Shown: positions 49,834 to 63,490 of the stretch, one piece after another | How positions within the stretch are numbered: the first letter of the stretch is position 1 | How the letters are laid out: every line of letters begins with the position of its first letter | Source: Octopus sinensis | Lineage: Eukaryota | Reading direction: 5' to 3' | NCBI RefSeq assembly: GCF_006345805.1 | Contig: NC_042998.1 | Span: forward strand, 5,208,001-5,272,000 | Length of the DNA stretch: 64,000 bases | Position numbers and translations under genes: made by a program | The notes under the pieces: model-generated | Database searches by the model: none | What the model saw: only the letters and a program-made list of their open reading frames with translations | What the model was told of the DNA's origin: nothing

Positions 49834-51723
49834 ACATGACCCTCAGCAGTTTTGAATAGTTTTTGCTTGATATTGACTGCATGTTATTTTCATACAATTA
49901 TTGTATAGATAAATAACGTTTTGACTGAATTTTCAAGGTTAATTCTAATCTCTGGAAAAAGGAAGAGCATAATAAAAAAATAGGAGCAAGAACTACAGTA
50001 TTCAATTTTATCTTTTTATAACATAAAGCTAGGTCGTAGAGAGATAAAAAAAATATCCAGAAATATATAGGACTCATTTAGACGTATATCAGCCCCACCA
50101 CTACGTAACTGGCTTTGTTTTAATTTAATGAATAATTATTCTATGTCAATTCAGATCAGAATAAAAAGGGTGTGTATAGAGCAAATAAGTTCAAAATGAT
50201 GACTGTTGCAATGTTTGAGCAATCATATACAGTATATTTTAACATTTATTAGAATCTGTTCAAGTAACCTTTTCGGTTAGCTGAAGGTGGGAGTAGGATA
50301 AATGTTATGCTTATAGTCTTGTCAAAGAACCACTTTAACATATGAACTATTGATCTTTCAAACAGTAATCTGATTTCCTATCAACTTTGAGAGCAATTTT
50401 TGCTAATGTAATGACTGAATAAAAGTTAGCAAGACGCAGTTCAGTGGTGCATATATTGTTGAAAGTTGGTAATTATACGATTACATATCATTGACTGGAC
50501 TTGCTGCACTTTTTGCGGCTATATTTTGTAAATGCTATTTCACCGCTTTTTAGTCTCAGGTTAACTCCGAACATACTGATATATAATCAAAGAACTTCGA
50601 GCCATTTAATTTCTATATTCTGCGATTTTTTTTTATTATTAAGGTGATAGAGTGCAGTTTAAGGAAGATTTCAGCTACCACAATCGTTCTCTCTCTCTCT
50701 CTCTCCCTCTTGGTATATTTATATAATATTTATGTGCTGTGACCGAGATACTTATATTACAGAGTCATTAACTGCCCATAAGGGAATGCAATTTTCTAAT
50801 CTTAATTTTAAAAAAAAGGCATATTATGTTGTTGAAAAGTAACTTGACAATATTTAAGTTTTCTGGTTGATAAAATACAAACATCCGGATTACGAAATTT
50901 GCATTATTTATAAAGACTAGGAAAAATACTAGTAATATAAGAAATAGTGAATGCGTTTTCGAGATTCATAGAGACACGTTAGTTATTTATAATTGAAAGA
51001 AAGACGATTGCTGAGAAAGAATGCCCAAAGACAATCAGTGTGCCGGGAAATTAAATACATAAAATTTTGATAAACCATCACTCAACGACTAATAGTCCTT
51101 TTCCAAAGGGCTTGTGATCTCTCTTCCCTTATTTTCCCCTTTATATTTATCATAATGACTTTTTATTCACCAAAGTGGTGTACAAAGCAACACTACCAAT
51201 CCAAGTTCCCCCGCTATCTTATTAATAGGTTTTTTTAATTGTCTATCAGCGAAAATGTACTTTGCTTTACATCCTTCTTATCTGAAATACAATTCACTGG
51301 AACTACTTCTCTGCCTAGCTAAACATTTCAAACGTGCATACATTTTCCCCGTTGGTCATAAATTTGTACGAAATATCACCATATTCTCGAAGTACTTTGG
51401 GGATCTGAAATCAATTTCCAGATCAGTTACCAATGATAAATTAATCAATTATCAGAACAGTTTCCTCTCATGTCTACGGTTTCAGTACATTTTCTGAAAA
51501 GTATTATATGCTGATGCAACGACTCCATCTCTTATGATCAAAATTGGAATTAGTTTCTTCCTTTCCTCACACTAGGAAATATTGTATTCCATTATATTAC
51601 ACTATTGCCACTATCTCTCATCTGCTAAGATATTTACAACTAAATTTTTAAGGGTATTTGTAAAACTGGTGCAATTGTATAACCTTTCGTGTATATATAT
51701 ATATACATATATACATATATATA

Positions 51724-51754
<31 letters not shown>

Positions 51755-51826
51755 ATGCATGTATGTATGTATGTATATATGCGTATATATGTATGCGTGT
51801 GCGTACATACATACACTGGTTTGTAC

Positions 51827-51860
<34 letters not shown>

Positions 51861-51914
51861 GCTTGCAACGAATTGCTATAGTGTTGATTTATCATATTAT
51901 GTATGTATATATAT

Positions 51915-52440
51915 GTAGGAGTGGCTGTGTGATAAGAGGCTTGTTTCCTAACCACATGCTTCTGGATTCTGTCCTTCTACTATAGCTTCGGGCCGACCAA
52001 ACCCTTGTGAGTTTATTTGGTAGACGGAAACTGAAAGAAGCCCGTCATATATATATATATATGGAAGCACTCCGTCGGTTATGACGACGAGGGTTCCGGT
52101 TGATCCGAATCAACCGAACAGCCTGCTCGTGAAATTAACGTGTAAGTGGCTGAGCACTCCACAGACGCGTGTACTCTTAACGTAGTTCGCGGGAATATTC
52201 AGTGTGACACAGAGAGTGACAAGGCCGGCCCTTTGAAATACAGGTACGACAGAAATAGGAAGTAAGAGTGAGAGAAAGTTGTGGTGAAAGAGTACAGCAG
52301 GGATCACCACCATCCCCTGTCGAAGCCTCGTGGAGCTTTAGGTGTTTTCGCTCAATAAACACTCACAACGCCCGGTCTGAGAATCGAAACCGCGATCCGA
52401 TGACCGCGAGTCCGCTGCCCTAACCACTGGGCCATTGCGC

Positions 52441-52523
<83 letters not shown>

Positions 52524-52537
52524 TATATATATATAAT

Positions 52538-52587
<50 letters not shown>

Positions 52588-52765
52588 ATTTATATATGTG
52601 TGTGTATATATAATATATACTTAACGGTTCAGTAACAAGAGCCCGATATAATAAGTACTAGAGTTACAAAGAATAAGTCCTGTCCTGGGGTCGATTTGTT
52701 CGACTATAGGCGGTGCTCTAGCACGGCCGCAGTCAGATGACTGAAACAATTAAAAGGGTAAAAAA
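51915..52765 (+). mobile_element. Family A SINE split by a nested family B SINE
   Basis: Head 51915-52046 and tail 52620-52765 flank a microsatellite that contains the family B copy. Confidence 0.85.
52062..52442 (-). mobile_element. Full-length family B SINE
   Basis: Reverse complement of ggcgcaatggcccagtggttagggcagcggactcgcggtc..ggtttcgattc. Confidence 0.9.
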
Positions 52766-52975
52766 AATTTTTTTTTAATAAAAGAATATAAACATCACAT
52801 TTCCTTACGTGACTGTCTCATATATTTCAATTTCTTCCTTCTTCTGTACAAAACAATATAGATATGCAAGTTTGGTGTGCATATTACTTTGTGCATGTAT
52901 GCATAAATTTATGCATATTTGAGTCATCGCCTGGTCTGTAGCATGTATTTGTGTGACTGTTTATATGTATGCATA

Positions 52976-53374
52976 CCTTTATATATGAAAGTGAGGTTGT
53001 GTGCTGTCTGTCTCCTACGATTTAGATTCCTAACTACTCCCACATTTTGCGGTGCAGTTTAACCAAAACCGGGTATCTTATAGTCGTGATTCATATCGAG
53101 CCCTTCTGGGTATTAGCGCGCGTCTACGATGAGTCTACGATTTTAAAAAAATTTATCATCAATTTTTCCCATTTTTAATGCATTTTTGGCATATATAAGG
53201 GAAGTAACTCTCTAAAAATTTATTATCAAATCTCAGAACGTAAAAAGCTACAGTAACACCCCCACCCCCTTTGTGGTTAGCCATATTGAGATGGCTATTA
53301 TACTTTACATCTCTAAAAATGCTTATATAGTTATTTCCCTTACAAACCCGAGCAACGCCGGGCGATACTGCTAG
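52976..53374 (+). mobile_element. Non-autonomous Helitron
   Basis: A|CCTTTATATATGAAAG (TC decayed to CC), hairpin CCCGAGCAACGCCGGG, CTAG|T terminus, no TSD. Same family as 1314-1707. Confidence 0.85.
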
Positions 53375-53423
53375 TGAGTGTATACATTTACGCTTCTTAT
53401 GTGATTGATGTTTCTTTGAATGC

Positions 53424-53477
<54 letters not shown>

Positions 53478-54242
53478 TGTCTGTTTCCATTATTGAGAAG
53501 ATTCTTTTTTTTTTATAGAGTGTATTATTTTCAAGTTGCATGAATAATGATACTTAAACACGCTCTACATCATGCTGTATGAATATCAGTACCCATCTTG
53601 AGTTTTCTCCATTTGCTTTTTGTTCTTCTTCTTTCTTACCACCCTTGTCTCATGCATACTTTAACACACACACACACACATACACACACGCACACACCAC
53701 ACACAAAGAGAGGATCTCTTTCTTCATATTCTCTTCCTTTCTATTTCCACTTTATTTTTTTCTTCTCTCCCCCTTTATTTGCTACTGTCTGTCTTACATT
53801 TTCTTTCCTCTCTCTCTTGTGTCTATAACGACTTTTTCTTCCTATTTTTTCTTCTCTAGACTAGCCTAAAATATATCTTTTTTTAGATTTTCTGTATAAT
53901 TTTCTTACATATAGTTCTGTTTTTATGCGTATATTATACCTTCCATTTTTGCAACAAAAATGATACATGCTTGTGTCCTATATATTATGAAATATAGCTT
54001 ATATGCGTGTGTTATTGGTAACTGCATCAATGTGCGTGTATATATGAATGTATGTACCAATATATGCTCGTAAGCATTTATGCGTATGTGTATCAGTATA
54101 TATCTACACATTTATATGCATATATATATATGTATATATGAATATAAATATGTATATATGTGTGTGGACTTATATTTATACATATATCTATACACACACA
54201 CACATATATATATATATATATGTATATATATATGTACGTATG

Positions 54243-54276
<34 letters not shown>

Positions 54277-54447
54277 TATATGTATGTATATATATATATG
54301 TGTGTGTGTGTATGTATGCATAGATATATAGATAAAATATAGATAACTTATGTGTGTGCTCTACAGTTCCCTTTGTTTAATTTTCCCATACTATAATATA
54401 TAAGTACATGTAAATGTTCATATATGTAATACATACCTATTACTGTT

Positions 54448-54491
<44 letters not shown>

Positions 54492-55059
54492 CATATATAT
54501 ACACACATGCACACATTCTCACTGACACGTATATGTACGCAGATATGTGTATATATATTGATCTTTTGGTATCCTTTTGAATTTATTTGCAAGCATGGAG
54601 TTGGATAAGCTATATATATTGCATATAAGAAGAGTGAACAATATATTTTCTATATTGAATTTACGCCAATCTCTGTGAATTTCGATTTTCAGCCTTTGAT
54701 CTGAGAAGAGAGTGCAGATATATGAATGGAAGTGTCCAATAATGTTTTGTATGTCACTGAAACACCATCAAAGACTTTATCCTTAATATACAGAGACTTG
54801 GAGAGGTTAATCTAGTAGAAGTCCCATTTTTAGTCCAGTTCATTACCCACCAACAGATTCCATTACCTTCATGTCCTATGACCTGGGTAAGTCAACCTGA
54901 GAAATCCTATTCTTATTCACCAGTAAAATCGTTTTATTTATCTAGAATGACAAGTGCGTGTGAAAACTAGAAAAGTCACATACTATTTGGTTCATTGATT
55001 AAAGTTGGATCAGTTGAATGCGTCACTCAACCAGGAAATAAATTGACATCATTCATGAA

Positions 55060-55262
55060 AGGCGGTATACTGGCAGAATCATTCGCATGCCGGAGGAAAT
55101 GCTTAGCAGAATTCCATCTGTCCTTACGTTCTGAGCTCAAATTCCGCCGAGGTTGGCTTTCACTTTCATCCTTTCGGAAATAAGTACCAGTTACACATTG
55201 AGATCACTGCAATCGATTCGCCCCTCTCCTAATATTTTAGGCTTTTGCCTATGAAAGAAAGG
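55060..55262 (+). mobile_element. Family C SINE
   Basis: ggcggtatactggcagaatc..gttctgagctcaaattccgccgagg. Confidence 0.8.
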
Positions 55263-55267
55263 ATGAT

Positions 55268-56095
55268 TTACTCGTCTTCGATCACCACTGGTCTCGCCTT
55301 TACCCTTTCGCATTCCATGCACTCTTGCCATTTCCGCTTTCAATTCGTAGTACTTCGTGGGTTTTTTCAACCTCTTTACTCACAATATTCATGTCATTTG
55401 GTATGGCTACATCAATGATCTGACGGTATTTGACTCTCTTATTCAATATGACAATATCCAACCGATGGTGTCCGATTACACGATCCGCCTGAAAATCATA
55501 GTCCCAGAGTATCGTTACTTTTCCATTCTCCTGCAAAACTTTACTTGATACATGCGCATACCAGTTCTCTGTTACTTCATATTGGTATTTACGGCATAAG
55601 AACTAATGAAGATATACACACACTTTATCGTGTCGGCTTTTATATTCCTTTTGTGCAAGGCTCTCACATCCACTTACCGAGTGGGTCACACTTTCCACAC
55701 TCTTTCCACAGAGTCTGCATTTCTGGGTGTCAGAAGTTTTGTAGATGTTATACTTCGATGAATTGGTAGCGAGAGTCTGATCTTATGCAGCAACGATCAG
55801 GCTTTCGGTGGTGCGCCTCAAGTTACCTCGCTCAAGCCATGCCCACGATGCTCTATTATCCTTAACGTCTTGTGAATTCCTTTCAAACTGTACATGCATT
55901 CACACTTCAAGAAGGTCTTTTTTCGTCTTCTTAGCTCTTTGGTTAAACTCTGCCTTGCCTATCATCTCATCTGTATTTACACCCATATCTTTCGTGGCAT
56001 ATTGCAGCGGGCCTTCATCACTATTTATCAAATACTCGGCAAGCGTTCTCCTTTCTTACATTGTTTCTGTGCCAGCTTCACTTGAAAAGCAAATT
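55268..56095 (-). pseudogene. R4/Dong-like non-LTR retrotransposon remnant: CCHC zinc knuckle plus restriction-like endonuclease
   Basis: CRLCGKSVESVTHSVSGCESLAQKEYKSRHDKV, then KVTILWDYDFQADRVIGHHRLDIVILNK..IIDVAIPND.NI..KE.EK (PD..D-type endonuclease pattern). Confidence 0.85.
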
Positions 56096-56124
56096 GATAC
56101 TCCCCCCCCCGAGAGAGAAGTGCT

Positions 56125-56218
56125 CTTCTTCTTCTTCTTCTTCTTCTCTTCTTCTTCTTCTTCTTCTTCTTCTTCTTCTTCTTCTTCTTCTTCTCTTCTT
56201 CTCTTCTTCTTCTTCTTC
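56125..56218. repeat. (CTT)n microsatellite
   Basis: Direct reading; could be the (AAG)n tail of a minus-strand LINE end at about 56220-56360. Confidence 0.9.
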
Positions 56219-56399
56219 CAATCAGGACTCACGCCATTAGCCACAAAGAATAATCTCTAATTCGAGCCTACTCTAAGCTACTAAAAATGCATGTGTGGCA
56301 ACTTGAAGATCCACCCAGCATACGAGATAGACTGGCGGTTGCACGGGCGCGAAAGCTATGTTGTTATCCTCATTTCGTAAATGGTGGCTTGTAGCAGGT

Positions 56400-56692
56400 G
56401 GAGAGCTGAACCATCCTGGGGTACAGGGGATTCACATACTAGACTAAGGTCTGAATGTTTACCACACCATAGTGGGTTACACCATGGTTCCTCTGCTTTG
56501 TGGCAGAAGTAAGAAGAAACGGTGAGAGAAAGTTGTGGTGAAAGAGTACAGCGGGGTTCACCATCCACCACCGGAGCCTCGCGGAGCTTAGGTGTTTTTG
56601 CTCAATAAACACTCACAAATCCCGATCTAGGAATCGAAAGCGCGTTCTTACGAGTCCGCTGTCCTAACTACAGGGCCATTGCGCCTCCACAC
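56400..56692 (-). mobile_element. Family B SINE
   Basis: Homologous to 52062-52442. Confidence 0.85.
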
Positions 56693-57427
56693 TGTTGTCG
56701 TTGTTGTTGTTAATAATAATAATGGTGGTGAGGAAGTTGTCCACGAGACGAATGTAACCGAAAATGCTTCGATAGCGTGAAACTGCTGACGTAGGTAGAG
56801 TACTTTGCAAAAATTTGGATGTTGTATAATATAGACGTAACTGTAAGTTGAATTAGAATGCGGTACAGACTTTTGCTAATGAATGACTGGAATTATTACA
56901 TAGAAAATGTAATCTATGAGGATTTATAATATTCACGTCTTTTCTTACATTATTTACAGAAATAAGTTAAAACTGGACAGCAAATCGAATCAAGCTCTCA
57001 GTTCGTGTATAATACTTGCTGAAGGAAATCTTTGGTATTGATTTTGTGCATAACGAAGTAACTACGAATTTACAGTAACAACAAAAAAATGTCTACAAAT
57101 TTATTTATTAAATGTGTTATTTTGAAGAGCGTTAGCATATTTTGTAAGTGAATCAAATACAACTCCGGAGAAAAAGTTCACCATTGATTCTGCTTGATGG
57201 AATTTTAATTCTGCTTTCTTGTGGTCATTAAAGGAACTGTATGGGATTCTGATATTTGTTTGGTGCAACAAATGTTCAAGAAATAGATAAAATCGATTGG
57301 GCCAACTGCAGTGATTAAGAGTCAGCTGATTCTTTACTACCAGTTGTTTTAATTATTGTTGAGAAATCTTCATTACATAACAACCATTTTTAAGTGTGCC
57401 TGTACTGCCAATATATTCGTACATAAC

Positions 57428-57650
57428 GCGGTGAGCTGGCAGACACGTCGGGCGAAATGCTTAGCAGTATTTCGTCTGTCGTTACGTTCTGAGTTCAAAT
57501 TCCGCCGAGGTCATCTTTGCCTTTCATCCTTTCGGGGTCGATAAATAAAGTACCAGCTTTGCACTGGGGGCGATATAATCGACTCAATCCCTTCCTCTGT
57601 CCTTGTTTGTCCCCTCTATGTTTAGCCCCTTCTGGGCAGTAAAGAAATAA
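57428..57650 (+). mobile_element. Full-length family C SINE
   Basis: Homologous to 26036-26266. Confidence 0.9.
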
Positions 57651-58949
57651 ATATTCGTACATTTACATACCTACCTAGCTGCGTACATACATACACACAT
57701 ACATACACATATATACACATGTATACACAGATACATACAAACATACAATCATATATATACACATGAGTGTATATATATATGTATATACGTTACAGTGTAG
57801 CAAGAAGATTGCATACTAACCATGTGGTTCCAGGTTCAGTCCCACTGCGTGGCACCTTACGCTATTGATTTCTACTTTAGATTAGGGCCAATCGAAGCCT
57901 TGAGACGGGATTTAGTAAGCAGAAACTGAAAGAAGCCCGTCGTATATTTGCATATATATATATATATATATACACGCACACATACATATATATATATATA
58001 TAAATATATATCAAGAGAGAGAAAGAGAGAGAAGGCAAAGGGGAGTATATATATATATAATATATGGTGCGTATGTTCCTCATGGATTCGAAAAGTGAGT
58101 TGCCTATGTTGACGTCTGTAGTATCAGAAGATTCAGTAATATTTCTGCTACCAAATGAAGAATGTTTTTTGCACACCTTTTTTACTATAAAAATAACCTC
58201 GAAAACGATGTCGGGTCGCGATATTTGAATTCGCTTCTAATCTACGTTGCCACTATTAATGTTTCGGTGCAAAAACAAAATGCGGCAATATACAAGGAGT
58301 GTTATGAGTGCCTTTGTGATGCATAAAACCCTATTTATCAGCGGAAAATGACCAAAAAACATGCTTCTTTCAAACAATTATTGTCATATTTTCCGTTAAA
58401 CCACCAATGTGAACGTCTTCAGTGTCCCTTGATTAGACAATATCTTTGAAGTATTTTGATACCATTTCTTTACCCAAAGCCCTATTTTTCAGCAGAAACT
58501 TGACTAATGAACCGTGTTGTGGCATAACTATGATCGCTTCTGGCATTACTACCGAAAACAATTTGTCCATGTAGATTTTCTTGGTAGCAAATAACTAAGG
58601 AAACCAAAGGAGCGCTCTCAGATTTAAATTCAATAAAAATTTCCCCAAGGACTACGCACAGCAAGAGCTTATATTCGTTCAAGAGTGGTAAAGACGTGAA
58701 GCAATGACGGAAACCTTTCGAGCTTTTTTGCCTTTAATATTTTTCTCTTTATTCAACCCGATTTATGCAAAGCTGCTTATCGTTATTAGTATATATTCAT
58801 GCCTATTACTCATTTCATAAGTTGCACGGTTCGTAAGGATTTTGCAACAATCTCCCTATCTTTCATAATGGATGAGCATGTACTATAAGACGAGTGGTGC
58901 GATGGAAAACAAATGCCTAACCCGATAACCTCAGTAAAGACAACAACAA

Positions 58950-59160
58950 CACCACGTATCTATGAGAGGGCAAATTAAGGTCACATACACACGCAAGTCC
59001 CTCACGGTGCGTGTCACATCATTGGTCGGGATGCACACCGTGTTCAGTTACTGGTGCAATTTCAAATCAATTTTTCCTTATCAGAGACAGGTACTCCAAT
59101 ACCAGTTGGTCGTAATGTTATTTCTATCAACGACCCGGGCAACGCCGGAGTGCATTGTGT
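58950..59160 (+). mobile_element. Helitron-like fragment ending in a 3' hairpin
   Basis: CCCGGGCAACGCCGG hairpin at 59134 resembles the termini of the two Helitrons in this window; repeated at 59592. Confidence 0.5.
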
Positions 59161-59195
59161 GTGGTGTGCATGTTCCACTTGAACTCAAACAATGA

Positions 59196-59238
<43 letters not shown>

Positions 59239-59249
59239 TATATAAATAC

Positions 59250-59409
59250 GACGGGCTTCTTTCAGTTTCCGTCTACCCAATCCACTCACAAAATTTGGTC
59301 GGCCCGAGGCTATAGTACAAGACACTTGCCCAAGGTGCTACGCAGTGGGACTAAACCCAGGAACCATGTGGTTGATAAGGAAGCTACTTACCACACTGCC
59401 ATTCCTACG

Positions 59410-59411
<2 letters not shown>
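59250..59411 (-). mobile_element. Family A SINE head
   Basis: Reverse complement of the family A head. Confidence 0.85.
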
Positions 59412-59456
<45 letters not shown>

Positions 59457-59460
59457 ATAA

Positions 59461-59509
<49 letters not shown>

Positions 59510-59819
59510 AATATATATATATATATATACATACATACATGCATATATATATATATATATATAAAATACAATGTGGCTGTAGGTTATAACACCCGGGCAA
59601 CGCCGGAGTGCACAATTAGCAGGTGTCGAAGATGAAGGTAAATAGGTAGTAACGCCAGAAGCGTCCACAATTATGCTACAACACGGTTCATTAATCAATT
59701 TTCTGTTGGGTTTTGTGCAAAGAAGTGGTATCACAATACTTCAAAGACTTTGTTTAATAATGGAATACTGAAGACGTTCACACTGGCAGTTGGTTGTGGC
59801 ACTAATGCCATTAGGATAA

Positions 59820-60095
59820 ATGGTAAAAACCCTCTTAGGTCATGAATGATCATGGAATTGCTCCTAAAAAGTCACCTTCCGAGGTAAGTCCGGGCAAGGT
59901 TGTTTATTGGAGACCAGCAGTCGCCCATGCATAGCAGCCTCTTCTTCACGCTATGATGTTACAAAGTTTGGCACAAGTGGCGTCGCAACTCATTTCTGCA
60001 GCTGAGTGAAGTGGAGCAACTTGAAATAAAGTGTCTTGCTGAAGAACACAAGACGCAACTGCATGATTGTGAGGTACACTCTCTAACTACTCAGT
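59820..60095 (-). mobile_element. Family D SINE
   Basis: Reverse complement homologue of 30311-30637. Confidence 0.8.
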
Positions 60096-60189
60096 CAAAA
60101 TGTTGTAAAAAAAGAATTATTTCATGTTCTCTCGAACGTTTATGAATTCTTATGTCAACAATATATATATGTGTGTGTATAATGTATAT

Positions 60190-60590
60190 TCTTTTACTTG
60201 TTTCAGTCATTTGACTGTGGCCATGCTGGAGCACCGCCTTTAGTCGAGCAAATCGACCCCGGGTCCTATTCTTTGTAAGCCCAGTACTTATTCTATCAGT
60301 CTCTTTTGCCGAACCGCTAAGTTAAGGGGACGTATACACACCAGCATCGGTTGTCAAGCAATGCTAGGGGGACAAACACAGACACACAAACACACACACA
60401 TACATATATATATATATACATATATACGACAGGCTTCTTTCAGTTTCCTTCTACCAAATCCACTCACAAGGCTTTGGTCGGCCCGGGGCTATAGCAGAAG
60501 ACACTTGCCCAAGATGCCATGCAGTGGAACTGAACCCGGAACTATGTGGTTGGTAAGCAAGCTACTTACCACACAGCCACTCCTACGCCT
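60190..60590 (-). mobile_element. Full-length family A SINE
   Basis: Tail, microsatellite and head in reverse complement. Confidence 0.9.
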
Positions 60591-60904
60591 ATACACGACA
60601 CACAACGTTAAGCAGAACCACACACAACATCCAGCATGTGTACTATATATGTATTAGTTATTTTTGACAAGTCTTTTCTGCATATTGATTCTTAATACGA
60701 ACGTTTTCAAGTATTCAGTGGGTTTAGTTTGTAGTTATATGTTGTTTAATAGACGCCACTATATTCTGCAGTATTTAATTACGACTCGCAACGAACAGCA
60801 GGAGTTGAACTTACTCTTTCAGTCCTCCATGAAAGGAGATCTATTTTTAATTTCGTTACAAGTAAAGTATGCATATATCTATATAATTATATCTAACTAT
60901 CTAT

Positions 60905-60961
<57 letters not shown>

Positions 60962-61188
60962 AATTTTTTATTTCACTTCATTCAGTTATTTCATTGCGGC
61001 CATGCTGGAGCACAACCCTAAAGGGTTTTAGTCGAAGAAATCGACTTAGGATATTTTTTTTTGTAAGCCTAGTACATATTCTATGTTTCTCTAAGTTACG
61101 CAGACATAAACACAAAAACATTGGTAGGGTGACAAACACCGACACAAAGACATAATCACACACACACACAACACACACACACACACAC

Positions 61189-61246
<58 letters not shown>

Positions 61247-61254
61247 ATATATAT

Positions 61255-61640
61255 CAAAGGTAAAAGCACAACAAACGGAAATCGTCAAAACATAACCAGC
61301 AGGAAATGGACGATAGCACAACAACGGCAAACAGGACAAAACAAGATACACGGATCATTCGCAGTCAATGCGTCTTCAGTCGGAGTCTGGAATGTCCACG
61401 TAGTCTCGCCCGTAGTCTCGAAACCAGTTGGGCCAAGGGCTTAAGCTGAAGGTATTAAGCCCCTGGGCAAGGCAAACGAATGTACATATACAAAGACAAG
61501 GAAATAACAAACAGAATGGGCTTTCGTCCATCAGATATTGTAGTGAGCTAGAGCAAGGAAAAGGGAAACAGGAAAAATCTTAACAGACCGGGTGGCGAAA
61601 CAGAACAGAAGAGTGGCGACTGACATCAAGGGCGGTCAGC
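61255..61640 (-). mobile_element. Family E-like dispersed repeat
   Basis: Minus strand CTGAAGA-C-GCA-ttgac-TGC-GAAT (decayed HHR-like core) followed by a T-rich tract abutting (TA)n. Confidence 0.4.
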
Positions 61641-62367
61641 CGAAAAACGATGACATATATATATACAAACATATACCACGGGCTTCTTTGCGCTTACCAA
61701 ATCCACTGACAAGGCTTTGGTCGGCCTTAGGCTAAAGTACAAGACCTGTGCCCATGCAGAAATGAGTTGTGATGTCACTGGTGCCAAGCTGTATCAGCCT
61801 TTGCCTTTCTTTTGGATTAAATAGGCATTGAGAGGGGAGGCTGGTATGCATGGGTGACCGCTGGTCTTTCATAAATCACCTTGCCTGGACTTGTGCCTCA
61901 GAGGAGAACTTTCTAGGTGCAATTCCATGGTCATTCATGACCGAAGGGATTCTTTACTCTTTATGCTATTCCGAAACACGTAGATCTATGAATAATACTA
62001 TGTACATATTATGATGATTAATCTCTTTAGATGAGAAAAAATCGAAGGCTGAATGTCTAAATATCTGTGCAAATAAGTCTGTGTATGTGCGATTGTACGT
62101 GTACATGTGTGAGTGTGTGCGTGTATGTGTGTGTCTGTCTATTTATGTGTATGCGTGTGTTTGTGTGAGTGAGTGACAGTCTGTATGTGTGTGTGTTTGT
62201 GTGTGTGTTCGTTTGTGTGTGTGTGTGCGTGTGTGTGTGTGTGGTGTGTGTGTGTGTCCGTCTCTCCTGGAAAGGAAATATTTTGAATTCAAATATTTCC
62301 CAGAATAATTTTGTTTATAAGCATTGTTATCCCAAATTTTCGAGCAATCGAGATCTTATTACAATAA

Positions 62368-63490
62368 CACTGTGCAACACTCAGAAAAGTACAAGAGATC
62401 TGTGGCTATTTTTATATGCAAAATGACACGAGAAATCTACTTCTGGCCTTCTTTTTGTTGAATTAGGCATGGTCTCTACAGAATTGTCATTGTATACCCT
62501 TTTTATCATTATTATTAAATAAAATTCTCTACCGCATTGTAAAATGAGTTTTAATCCAGGGCTAGAGACCAATCTGAGTAACACCTACAATGTGATTCAA
62601 AGCTTGTGTTTAATGTTATTTTTTATCTTTCAGATCTTATTTGTTTTCAACAATGAGTGCAAGACAGTGCAAAAATGATCCAAACAGATTCTGTTATATT
62701 TGTGGGGAATTGACTTTGCTAAAGAAAAGCGCATTATTACACGCCATATCAAGAAAATATACAAGGCGTACTTTGATTGTTACTTAGGAGACCAGGATCT
62801 GTCATGGGCTCCTCTTGTGGGTCGCCTTACATGTGTGAAAACATTGAGTGCCTGGTGTTCAGGAAAAAATGTTCACATGAAGTTTGGTGTGCTAATGATT
62901 TGGCGTGAGCAGAAAGATCGCTCTTATGATTGCTATTTCTGTCACCATGACTTTACAGGCTGTACTACAGCAAAGAAAAAGAAACACATTGTATACCCAA
63001 ATTTTCAATCAGCAATGCGCCCAGTGGAGCACTCAGAAAATTCACCTGTGCCCAAACCTCCAGATAAAGAAATGCAGAATTCCATCAGTGCTGATGAACA
63101 TTCCAGTGGTGAATGTGTGGAGCCCAATGATCCAGAAAGTGAGAATAAACCAATACCATTTTCTCAAGGGGCTCTAAAGGACTTCTGCAGGGATCTCTAT
63201 TTAACCAAAGAGAAAAGTGCTGATTGCAATCAGCATTGTTAATATTTGTAATTCACTATAACCAAGTAATTCTTTACTTACTTATCGCTACAATATACCC
63301 GTCGGTCTATCTTTCAAAAGTAACAAGTCAGTAATCTCTGTTGAAAAAAATTGATCATATAAATATTGATCTTTGTTTAATTTTTTTGACAAAAATCACA
63401 TGAGATAACAAACTGAGAATCACGCCAATACACGAACGTGTTAAGAACTGCTAAGCTGAATTTAGCTAACTTTGATCAGCTACATGATTT
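62368..63490 (+). pseudogene. Internally deleted Chapaev-like (CMC) DNA transposon; transposase N-terminus, frameshifted
   Basis: Starts CACTGTGCAAC. ATG at 62653: MSARQCKNDPNRFCYICGE (1-nt frameshift near 62716) ..YKAYFDCYLGDQDLSWAP..C..WREQKD..DCYFC..YPNFQSAMRPVEH..PVPKPP..FSQ..L.D..RDLYLTKEK. Superfamily assignment is from recalled motifs. Confidence 0.65.
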
